64,000 nt of DNA from Bacteroidota bacterium (GCA_051715425.1 JBPXJS010000011.1:33581-97580), one strand, 5' to 3'; counted from the first letter of the stretch, positions 39,336 through 47,037 are shown. Notes: generated from the sequence alone by a model not told the origin. Numbers and translations: made by a program.

Positions 39336-39381
39336 GCATAACAACATAAATATTTGCATAATATATTAGTTTTTTGCATAA
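39336..39381. promoter_or_regulatory. Three GCATAA boxes spaced exactly 20 bp apart in the divergent XRE/LamG intergenic region (candidate operator array or promoter elements)
   Basis: GCATAA occurs at 39336, 39356 and 39376. Copies 1 and 3 share GCATAACAA; copies 2 and 3 share TTTGCATAA. Confidence 0.4.
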
Positions 39382-39453
39382 CAAATATGTTGCTGTGTTT
39401 ATGAATTTTGTTTGGTCGATATTATTAACAATTACACCATCAATCTAAACACT

Positions 39454-41187
39454 ATGAAAAATTTCAAACATTCATTTTCAATCCTCGCTTTTTATTTTAT
39501 TTTTAATCTGGGTGTTTCTCAAGCACAAATCATTAATGGGTTACAAGCTTATTATCCGCTTAACGGCAATGCTAATGATTATAGTGGTAATGGTAACCAT
39601 GGAACACTTCAAAACACACCGTCTGTAGCTTCAGATAAATATGGAGGAACAACGCATGCTTATGCCTTTGATCCTGGATCAAGTGAATATATAAGATGCG
39701 GTGATATCCTTGATAATTTATTTTCACCACCAAGTTCGGCTGCTCAATTTACCATTACAGGATGGGCAAAAAGTGATTCATGGGCATCGGTTCAAGGGGG
39801 TAATATTATTGTAGGGAAGTCGCCAGGGGGATTAGGTTCAACTTATCAATGGCTTATCAACCATGATGACGATGGAAAAATAAAAGGAGTTGTATGTACG
39901 GATGGAAGTTCAGCAGAATTTGTTGAAAGGGAGAGTGGTACAGTCAGCACTGGTGTCTGGTTTCATTTCGCACTTATTTTTGATGGGTCCCAGGCAAATG
40001 ATAATGATAAAGTGCAACTCTATATTGATGCTGTTGCTGGTTCAGTTAGCAGAACCGGGATCAATCCTCTGGGGAATAAAACAGTTAATACCAATCAGGA
40101 AATAACCATTGGTGGAGGACATGATCAGGGAAATCCTGCAAGTCCGAATAATCTTTATGATGGAACAATAGATGATATTAGAATTTATGACAGGGTGCTA
40201 ACACATGATGAAGTAAAAACACTTGCTGATTTTGATCTTGTTGTATATTACCCTTTTGATATGGATGCTAACAATTATAGTGGAATTGGAGGTTACCACT
40301 GCACACCACAAAATAGTCCAATTCATGATACAGACCGGTTAGGAGATTCTCTGTGGGCTTATGAATTTGACCCAGGATCAAGTCAATACTTAAGGTGTGG
40401 AGATATTCTTGATAGCATATTTTCCCCTTCATCTGACACGGCACAATTTACAGTTACCGGCTGGGCAAAAAGTAATTCCTGGGCTCCCTTTCAGGGTGGA
40501 AATGTAATTATAGGAAAAGTTCCCGGAGGTAATGGAACCTCATACCAATGGTTTATTAATCATGATAATGATGGTCGGATAAAAGGAGTTATTTGCTCAA
40601 CAGGTAACTGTTCAGATTATATTGAACTGAAAAGTGCAGTAGTTGGGACAAGTCAGTGGTTCCAGTTTGCACTTGTATTTGATGGTTATCAATCAACTCC
40701 TTCTGATAGGATAAAACTTTATGTTGACGGAGTAGCCGGGACCAGCTCAAGAAGCAATGGCACCTTGGGAACAAAAACAGCCAATACCAATCAGGAAATA
40801 ACTGTTGCCAGCGGTCACAATCAAAATAGTCCGGGTACACCAAACAATCTTTATGATGGTCATGTTGACGAAATTAGAATTTTTAGCAAGCCACTTACAC
40901 TTGATCAAGCTTATATCCTCAGAAAGAGTATTCCTACGGGTTTAAATAGTGTTAAGTCTAATAATAGCGGTGTTTTCCCTAACCCATCTCAGTCTGGTAT
41001 CTTTACTATTTCCAATGGTAATCGCTCCGTATTTGAGGTGAGGAGCATAACCGGATGCAGTATTATGTCTGGCAATATTAATGCAGAAAATTATAAACTG
41101 GATTTGACTGGGTATTCTAAAGGCGTTTATCTTTTGAGTATTAAGTCCGGATCCCACACAGATATTGTAAAGTTGGTTATCCAATAA
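39454..41187 (+). CDS. Tandem LamG (concanavalin A-like lectin, Laminin_G_3-type) domain protein with T9SS C-terminal sorting domain
   Basis: The ATG at 39454 gives the signal peptide MKNFKHSFSILAFYFIFNLGVSQAQ. Two collinear modules of about 230 aa follow (YYPLNGNANDYSGNGNHG...LYDGTIDDIRIYDRVLT and YYPFDMDANNYSGIGGYH...LYDGHVDEIRIFSKPLT). The CTD reads VFPNPSQSGIFTI...GVYLLSIKSGSHTDIVKLVIQ. Confidence 0.8.
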   Translation: MKNFKHSFSILAFYFIFNLGVSQAQIINGLQAYYPLNGNANDYSGNGNHGTLQNTPSVASDKYGGTTHAYAFDPGSSEYIRCGDILDNLFSPPSSAAQFTITGWAKSDSWASVQGGNIIVGKSPGGLGSTYQWLINHDDDGKIKGVVCTDGSSAEFVERESGTVSTGVWFHFALIFDGSQANDNDKVQLYIDAVAGSVSRTGINPLGNKTVNTNQEITIGGGHDQGNPASPNNLYDGTIDDIRIYDRVLTHDEVKTLADFDLVVYYPFDMDANNYSGIGGYHCTPQNSPIHDTDRLGDSLWAYEFDPGSSQYLRCGDILDSIFSPSSDTAQFTVTGWAKSNSWAPFQGGNVIIGKVPGGNGTSYQWFINHDNDGRIKGVICSTGNCSDYIELKSAVVGTSQWFQFALVFDGYQSTPSDRIKLYVDGVAGTSSRSNGTLGTKTANTNQEITVASGHNQNSPGTPNNLYDGHVDEIRIFSKPLTLDQAYILRKSIPTGLNSVKSNNSGVFPNPSQSGIFTISNGNRSVFEVRSITGCSIMSGNINAENYKLDLTGYSKGVYLLSIKSGSHTDIVKLVIQ

Positions 41188-41202
41188 AGGTTATAAGTTA
41201 TT

Positions 41203-41256
41203 ATTATTCTATAAGATGTATGCAAGCCTTAACTTGCATACATCTTATAGAATAAT
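41203..41256. repeat. 24-bp perfect inverted repeat with a 6-nt loop between convergent genes; probable bidirectional transcription stop
   Basis: Arm 1 (41203-41226) is attattctataagatgtatgcaag. Arm 2 (41233-41256) is its exact reverse complement. The loop is ccttaa. Arm 2 encodes the last 8 codons of the 97-aa ORF. There is no flanking U-tract on either strand. Confidence 0.9.
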
Positions 41257-41522
41257 GCCACTCCCCAATCAGATTTAGAATATTTAATCCATTGGTTTAT
41301 TCTGTGATTTTTCTTAAAAATAATGCTTAGATAAATTAGTCTAAAAAGAAAATAGGCAAGAGCTAAAATGTAAAGGAATATAAAAAAACCGAATGTTATG
41401 TTTAGTAGAATTATGAGTATTACAAAGAAAAATGTTCCAAAAACCAATATAAATCCAGAGATGATAAATTGTATCAAAGCTTTTCTCATGATACCTAAAT
41501 CCATATTATGGGAGAATTTCAA
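41229..41522 (-). CDS. Small hydrophobic (about 2 TM) membrane protein, last gene of the four-gene operon
   Basis: The product is 86-97 aa depending on the start: TTG at 41522 overlapping the upstream stop, or ATG at 41504 or 41489. It has very hydrophobic F/I/L-rich helices and a basic C-terminal tail. I recognise no family. Confidence 0.5.
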   Translation of the reverse strand: MKFSHNMDLGIMRKALIQFIISGFILVFGTFFFVILIILLNITFGFFIFLYILALAYFLFRLIYLSIIFKKNHRINQWIKYSKSDWGVALFYKMYAS

Positions 41523-42199
41523 TAACTTATGGTATAGGAATTAACCTCGGGTTCGAGCTTGGAGAGGGTCACCGGAATGGTTTCATGTTTAGTAAATTTA
41601 GCCAAAAGATTTTGATAGCCTTTCGCAATGACAAAGTATGTTGACTCATTACCACTGAAGTAAGGAATTCGTACAAGTTTCGTGTTATTTATATCCATTT
41701 GAGCTTTTGTAAAGGTAAAAAAGGGATTACGATAGGTATAATCATCATAATATAATGAAGCTGTTGGTGCGCATAAATAGACAGTATCGCTTTCATTTAA
41801 AGGGTTACCTGTCATAGTTATGAGAATTGTCGTAGAGTCGGGTATGTTGAAGGTTCGGTTTATATTCTGATTGATTGGCAGACCTGCTATGGTATTTGGC
41901 GATAAATTGGGACTGTGGATGGATGCACTGGTCATCTCGTCATTGCAGTCGTAGGTGATTTTAAAGTACCCATTATTATCGGTTCGGTTTTTCCCTAAGT
42001 CTTTCACATTTGAACCCGTGGAGAACAAACTATTGTTTTTGCCTGCAACCGCTTCAATAGTGATCCCTGATCTCGGAGTGTTTTTAGTGCCATTCCAAAT
42101 AATGCCTTCTATGGTATATGATCCCTCACAATCGCTTTTACAATTACTTAGGGTAGAGTATAATATTAATATGCAGGCATAAAGTGCTAACCTATTCAT
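41519..42199 (-). CDS. Hypothetical lipoprotein with a CarboxypepD_reg-like N-terminal motif
   Basis: Signal peptide plus lipobox-like LSNC. The segment YTIEGIIWNG...GITIEAV...TDNNGYFKITY resembles a carboxypeptidase-regulatory/Big-like beta-sandwich. The gene starts 6 nt after the 972-aa gene. Confidence 0.5.
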   Translation of the reverse strand: MNRLALYACILILYSTLSNCKSDCEGSYTIEGIIWNGTKNTPRSGITIEAVAGKNNSLFSTGSNVKDLGKNRTDNNGYFKITYDCNDEMTSASIHSPNLSPNTIAGLPINQNINRTFNIPDSTTILITMTGNPLNESDTVYLCAPTASLYYDDYTYRNPFFTFTKAQMDINNTKLVRIPYFSGNESTYFVIAKGYQNLLAKFTKHETIPVTLSKLEPEVNSYTISY

Positions 42200-42205
42200 A
42201 CGTGT

Positions 42206-45124
42206 TTAATTAGAGATGATAATCCGTCTTATATAGTTCTGGGTGGATGTATGTATCTTAAAGATGTATATCCCAGACTTTAACTTAGAAATATCATACG
42301 TTAAAGATATAACGTTTTCATTCATATTATAACCGGTATCTGATAAAATGATATCTTTTCCATGTAAGGAGAAAACTTGTACAATTGGCTTTTCTGGTTT
42401 ATTGGCATGAATCCTCACAGTTAGATTGGTTTGCGCAGGATTTGGAAATAGGAATACTTTTTCAGATATATTGTTATCATTTATGAATGTATCCTGTGTT
42501 GAATTGGAACTTTTTATGCTATGAGTGAAAATTTCATCCATTTGTTTAATATTACCCCTGATATTTTCTTCAGAATCGTAATGACAAAAAGGAATAGCTG
42601 AAATAACCGCATGGAACCGGGAATTATAGGTGGAGGAGAATCCTGGTTTTAGAATAATCTCTTTGCCTGATCTAAAGGTTACATAACTCCACTCAGGTGG
42701 CATGGAAATATCAAGATCAATTTGATTTATAGAAAACCCGTTCTCTTTGCTTAAAGGCTTATTATAGTCCAGACTTAAACTAGAGGGGTAAGTGTATTCA
42801 TGTGTTGTTCCTTGATCATACAACCATGAGCCCGCCTCAATAATAAACCTTGATTCAAAATACGCTCTTCTGGATAAATTATAGTTATCCAGTTTCATAT
42901 GATCAGGAGCTATTTCTTTAGGTTTAATGAATAGGTTTGCGAGATAGGGTTGATCTGGTTTGGCTCCCCATTGGTTATGTGTCCAGTTGCCCGGGCTGCC
43001 TATAAAAACATGTGCACCTGTTGAGTTTACTATTTGGCTAACCGGCATTTGTGTAAAATTGATATGTTCAATCATATTGCCGTTTTTCGGTCCCCCATAA
43101 TCAAGGGCACTTGATGTTCTTACAAAGCTTGGAGATTGGTTTTCTGCAACAATGCCTGTAAACGCACTTAAAGGACCAATTGATATACTCGGAAATAAAG
43201 AACCTGAACGTACAAAAGAGACATCTCCACCAGAAATATCATCAATAGGTTTTGTATTTAATGCATAGTCGTCTCCCAGATAAACAAGGGAATGAATGCA
43301 ACCACGCACCGCACTCAAAAATGTGGAGGGATGCCAAAGGGCCACCATAATGGATCGAAAACAACCTATTATTTTTAAGGATTTAAATGCAGAAGGCAAA
43401 TGGTTAGTTTGCCCAAAACCATCTGGTGTTGATCGGATATCAACGCTCCAATCCCAGATGGGTAAATATATTTTCTTAAATATTTTTACTTTAATGGTTG
43501 ATCCTACTCCAAATAACAAATCTCCCGGTTTTGTTGGCCCTCCACCAAACCTATCCTGCGGTGTTCCATCAAGCATACCATTACTGATCAATACCACACG
43601 GCATTGGGTAGGATATCCATTTGTTGCAGGATTCAGCAAATACAGTTCATTGAGGAATTGCTGCCTTTCCGGGGTAATAGGATATTCCCCTAAAATCGTT
43701 TTCTGTGAAATATGATAAACCAGCATTTGTTTAACTCCTGTTTGATCTAAAAGTTCGGTTACAATTAAACCACTGTGAGTTAATTCGTCTAGCAGAAAGG
43801 TGGTTAAGCGCAAGGGTGGTGGTATCAGGTTTACCAGTGTATTAACAAGGTTCTGTATTCCTATAGACACATTTGCTCCCTGATGAGGAGAATCCAATGT
43901 AACCAATAAGCGGCAGTTGTGTGATGCTCCGGCCGGTGTTTCCATTGAAGTAAGGGCATACCTGCTGATTATCCCGCCTATACTGGATCCTAATATGACA
44001 ATCTGATTCGGATTGCCCTGAGCTTTCATATCGTTATTTATTTTGGTAATCAGGTTCTTTAAATTGTTGGCATTATCAGCCAAACTAATCCGGCTGTTTT
44101 TCCAGTCAACCACATAAATGCGGTATCCGTAATTAATCAGTTCTGCCAGATTACCCTTTTCAAAGAACTCGTCATATAGTTCCAATTCGTTTTTCATTTC
44201 CGTCAGGTCAATTCCACTCACATATATCAGGGGTTTATATTGCAGATGCTCATCACACTCATTGTAAATGGCAATATTCATTCCTGAGAAATCCATTGAA
44301 GAGCTGGGTTGTTTGGGTTCAAGATCATCAGTTGTTATTTCAATAAAGGAACTACACTCACGCAGAACGTTCCCGTCTTCAAATATTCTGAATTTAATCT
44401 CATACCGGCCTTTTTTAGGGTATTCAATTTCAGTATCGGTAAGATTGGATGTATTAATGGTTTGCCATCCGCTTCCGAAATTTACCTGAAATTCATTTAC
44501 CGGAATTTGTTTATAGAAGCAACTATATTGTTGATCATAGAACGAAAATCTTGGACTAAACGTAAAAATAATTTTTCTGTAGTGGTAATAATCCCTTAAA
44601 GGTGCGCACTTAAAAAAAGTAAGATTGTATTCGCCCGGAGTTAATTCTTTATACGGCTCTTTGCTTCTTCCTGAAACATCCCAAATGGAGTTATCGTCCC
44701 AGTCGAAATATTGTCCCTGAACATCAAATGCATCATCTGTAAATTCGTAATAACTAAAATCCATTATTCCGATGGCAATTTTTCTGGAGCTGTTATAAAG
44801 GTCTTCAGCTTCAGTTTTTACCTGCCGGGTAAGAGGAAGTAAACCTTTTGTGTAGGATCTGAAATAAAACTCCTGGTGTTGTGTGAACCAGTCGAACGAT
44901 ACTCCGGGGTCTTTTATACCTATGGTGCCGTTATAATCACTTGATATTTCGGTAGCCATATCCCATAGGAAGTTTGATTGACATGATATTTTATTGCCAG
45001 GTTTGTTTAATCCGGAGAACAATTGGTGCAGTTCATCATTCATGTCGGGCAATCCCTGTGATTTGACACCGAAGGGCAGTGCTAGGCTAATACACAAAAC
45101 AAAACCCAAGCTGATTACTTTCAT
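42206..45124 (-). CDS. Large T9SS-sorted protein with a central lipase-like alpha/beta-hydrolase core (GxSxG)
   Basis: 972 aa with a signal peptide. The nucleophile-elbow motif VILGSSIGGIISRYAL places the Ser381 codon at 43984-43982. It is followed by LLVTLDSPHQGA, a PGAP1/lipase class-2-like motif. The C-terminus (LFPNPAQTNLTVRIH...GIYIFKIHTSTQNYIRRIIISN) is a T9SS CTD. The first 290 aa or so and residues 520-880 match no family I recognise. Confidence 0.65.
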   Translation of the reverse strand: MKVISLGFVLCISLALPFGVKSQGLPDMNDELHQLFSGLNKPGNKISCQSNFLWDMATEISSDYNGTIGIKDPGVSFDWFTQHQEFYFRSYTKGLLPLTRQVKTEAEDLYNSSRKIAIGIMDFSYYEFTDDAFDVQGQYFDWDDNSIWDVSGRSKEPYKELTPGEYNLTFFKCAPLRDYYHYRKIIFTFSPRFSFYDQQYSCFYKQIPVNEFQVNFGSGWQTINTSNLTDTEIEYPKKGRYEIKFRIFEDGNVLRECSSFIEITTDDLEPKQPSSSMDFSGMNIAIYNECDEHLQYKPLIYVSGIDLTEMKNELELYDEFFEKGNLAELINYGYRIYVVDWKNSRISLADNANNLKNLITKINNDMKAQGNPNQIVILGSSIGGIISRYALTSMETPAGASHNCRLLVTLDSPHQGANVSIGIQNLVNTLVNLIPPPLRLTTFLLDELTHSGLIVTELLDQTGVKQMLVYHISQKTILGEYPITPERQQFLNELYLLNPATNGYPTQCRVVLISNGMLDGTPQDRFGGGPTKPGDLLFGVGSTIKVKIFKKIYLPIWDWSVDIRSTPDGFGQTNHLPSAFKSLKIIGCFRSIMVALWHPSTFLSAVRGCIHSLVYLGDDYALNTKPIDDISGGDVSFVRSGSLFPSISIGPLSAFTGIVAENQSPSFVRTSSALDYGGPKNGNMIEHINFTQMPVSQIVNSTGAHVFIGSPGNWTHNQWGAKPDQPYLANLFIKPKEIAPDHMKLDNYNLSRRAYFESRFIIEAGSWLYDQGTTHEYTYPSSLSLDYNKPLSKENGFSINQIDLDISMPPEWSYVTFRSGKEIILKPGFSSTYNSRFHAVISAIPFCHYDSEENIRGNIKQMDEIFTHSIKSSNSTQDTFINDNNISEKVFLFPNPAQTNLTVRIHANKPEKPIVQVFSLHGKDIILSDTGYNMNENVISLTYDISKLKSGIYIFKIHTSTQNYIRRIIISN

Positions 45125-45128
45125 CGGA

Positions 45129-45620
45129 TTATTTTTTGGATGTTTTTAATGCCTCTATTTCTTTATGAAGTCTGATGATGTATAACGTAAGCTCTTCTAT
45201 CTTTTCCATCATCAGTTGTTGCGTTTCGCCAACGGAAAGCCCGTTTTCTTTTATATAAGCCGCATTGGGTACACCAGGAAGATGTTTGTTGGCGTATATG
45301 TAATTTTCAAGTTCGGTAAAGGAGAGCAGCACATAGTCATCTTCAAATACATAATCAGCCCATGCTTCATTATTCACATAAATTTCACGGGCTCTTATTT
45401 TACCGTTCACCGATAATTTAAAATCCTGAGAACTACCCGATGAAGCAGAAGTGATCCAAACCCGGCCTGTGGTGTCAATCATAAACAGGGAAGAATGGTG
45501 ATGTTTGATCTCCATTGGAAGCGAAGCCTTGCTTGTTTCAATTACCCATCCCTGAGCGTTTGCATTTAAATAGGTAATGGTTACTATAACCAAACCAAGA
45601 AGTAGTTTTAAATATTTCAT
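45129..45620 (-). CDS. Small secreted protein with a recurrent Bacteroidota C-terminal helical module (tail-fibre-like C-terminus)
   Basis: Signal peptide MKYLKLLLGLVIVTITYLNANAQ. The C-terminal part reads KLSVNGKIRAREIYVNNEAWADYVFEDDYVLLSFTELENYIYANKHLPGVPNA...GLSVGETQQLMMEKIEELTLYIIRLHKEIEALK. The gene ends 4 nt before the 972-aa gene starts. Confidence 0.55.
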   Translation of the reverse strand: MKYLKLLLGLVIVTITYLNANAQGWVIETSKASLPMEIKHHHSSLFMIDTTGRVWITSASSGSSQDFKLSVNGKIRAREIYVNNEAWADYVFEDDYVLLSFTELENYIYANKHLPGVPNAAYIKENGLSVGETQQLMMEKIEELTLYIIRLHKEIEALKTSKK

Positions 45621-45701
45621 ACCATCGAATTTTGTAACACGAATTTTTTATCTTCGACTTGTCTTTAAAAGGACTATTTTGACCTAAAAAGCGGCAAGCC
45701 T

Positions 45702-46103
45702 ATGAACTACTCTGAAAAACTGGTTATGTTAAGAAAGCTTAGAAGCCTTACGCAGCAAGAGTTAGCGGATGCTATTCCGGTTTCTTTAAAAACATTGCAA
45801 CGTATTGAAAATGGAAGTGCTCAACTAACACAATTGATGGAAGAACGAATAGTAAATGCACTTAAACTTACAAAAGAAGAGTTTGAACGATTTGAAGTGA
45901 CCGAGGTATTTAATGGATTAAAAAAAGGTACTAACAAAGTGAAAAAAAAGGGCAATATTGATATTTCACCCGAATACATTTCTTATCTCGAATCAACTTT
46001 TCTTGAGGTAAACCGGGAAAATATTTTTTTAAAACTCAAGCTCCAGTTTGCACAGGAGGAAACTTCTGATAAAGACGGCAAAACTAATTTGTTTCATTCG
46101 TGA
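45702..46103 (+). CDS. XRE-type HTH protein with a C-terminal extension
   Basis: LVMLRKLRSLTQQELADAIPVSLKTLQRIENGSAQ is an HTH_3 domain. The stop overlaps the aroK GTG start (GTGA). Confidence 0.7.
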   Translation: MNYSEKLVMLRKLRSLTQQELADAIPVSLKTLQRIENGSAQLTQLMEERIVNALKLTKEEFERFEVTEVFNGLKKGTNKVKKKGNIDISPEYISYLESTFLEVNRENIFLKLKLQFAQEETSDKDGKTNLFHS

Positions 46104-46609
46104 ACATCTACCTCACCGGCATGATGGGTGCAGGTAAAAGTACCCTTGGAAAAAAACTGGCCAAAAAGCTGGGATATGATTTCATTGATTTGGATGAATT
46201 AATAGAAAAGAGAGAAGGATTGCCCCTGGCTGAAATATTTAATTTCAGGGGAGAACATTATTTCAGAACACTGGAGGCAGATATATTAAAGGAAACGGTT
46301 TTATTAAATGATACGGTAATAGCAACCGGAGGAGGCACCCCTTGTTATTTTGATAACCTGAACTGGATGAATAAGCATGGAAAAACCATCTATTTAAGGG
46401 GAAATATTACCCTGCTGGCCCAGCGTTTACTGCCCGGAATGTCCAAAAGACCCTTGCTTGCAGGACTAAAACCGGATGAATTGCCCGGTTTTTTGTCGGT
46501 TTTAATGGCCGCCCGCGAGCCGTTTTATACCCAGGCACACATCATTGCCGACTTACCCGTAAAAAACCTTATTTCCCTTGCCAGACAAGCAGTTGAGGCC
46601 ATTGTTTAA
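46100..46609 (+). CDS. aroK: Shikimate kinase
   Basis: 169 aa. P-loop sequence NIYLTGMMGAGKSTLGKKLAKKLGYDFIDLDELIE, and a GGG motif (IATGGGTP). Confidence 0.88.
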   Translation: MNIYLTGMMGAGKSTLGKKLAKKLGYDFIDLDELIEKREGLPLAEIFNFRGEHYFRTLEADILKETVLLNDTVIATGGGTPCYFDNLNWMNKHGKTIYLRGNITLLAQRLLPGMSKRPLLAGLKPDELPGFLSVLMAAREPFYTQAHIIADLPVKNLISLARQAVEAIV

Positions 46610-46707
46610 ACAACATTTTTATATACAAACTGGGGCAAACCCCTGTTAATGTTGAAAACCTGTGAAAATCTATTTTTCAAAAAAGTACCTGAACCCACTG
46701 ATATCAC

Positions 46708-46737
46708 TTGATTTCTTCATTTCCTTTCCTATGTTTG
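46708..46737 (+). promoter_or_regulatory. Candidate Bacteroidota promoter for the HU gene (TTG -33-like, TATGTTTG -7)
   Basis: TATGTTTG at 46730-46737 matches TAnnTTTG. TTG at 46708-46710 lies 19 nt upstream. The start codon is at 46765. Confidence 0.45.
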
Positions 46738-46764
46738 TTACCGTAAAATCAAACCTTAATTATT

Positions 46765-47037
46765 ATGAACAAGTCAGATTTAATCGACAAAATGGCCGGA
46801 GATGCCAAACTCACTAAAGTACAAGCTGCTGCTGCATTAGATTCATTTATGGCTGCAACACAAGGCGCATTGAAAAAAGGCGACAAACTTATCCTTGTTG
46901 GATTCGGTACTTTCTCAGTAACTAAACGTGCTGCACGTAAAGGACGTAACCCACAAACAGGAAAAGTGATTAACATCCCTGCTAAAAAAGTTGTTAAATT
47001 TAAAGCTGGTGCCGGTTTACAAGGCAAAATCAAGTAA
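46765..47037 (+). CDS. HU family DNA-binding protein
   Basis: 90 aa. MNKSDLIDKMA...GFGTFSVTKRAARKGRNPQTGKVINIPAKKVVKFKAG is canonical HU/IHF. Confidence 0.92.
   Translation: MNKSDLIDKMAGDAKLTKVQAAAALDSFMAATQGALKKGDKLILVGFGTFSVTKRAARKGRNPQTGKVINIPAKKVVKFKAGAGLQGKIK

Noticed and set aside
38036-45701. Considered the accessory segment as a prophage, ICE or transposon
   Set aside because: No integrase, transposase, relaxase, phage structural genes, flanking tRNA or direct repeats are visible. Only the compositional shift and the accessory gene content support foreign origin.
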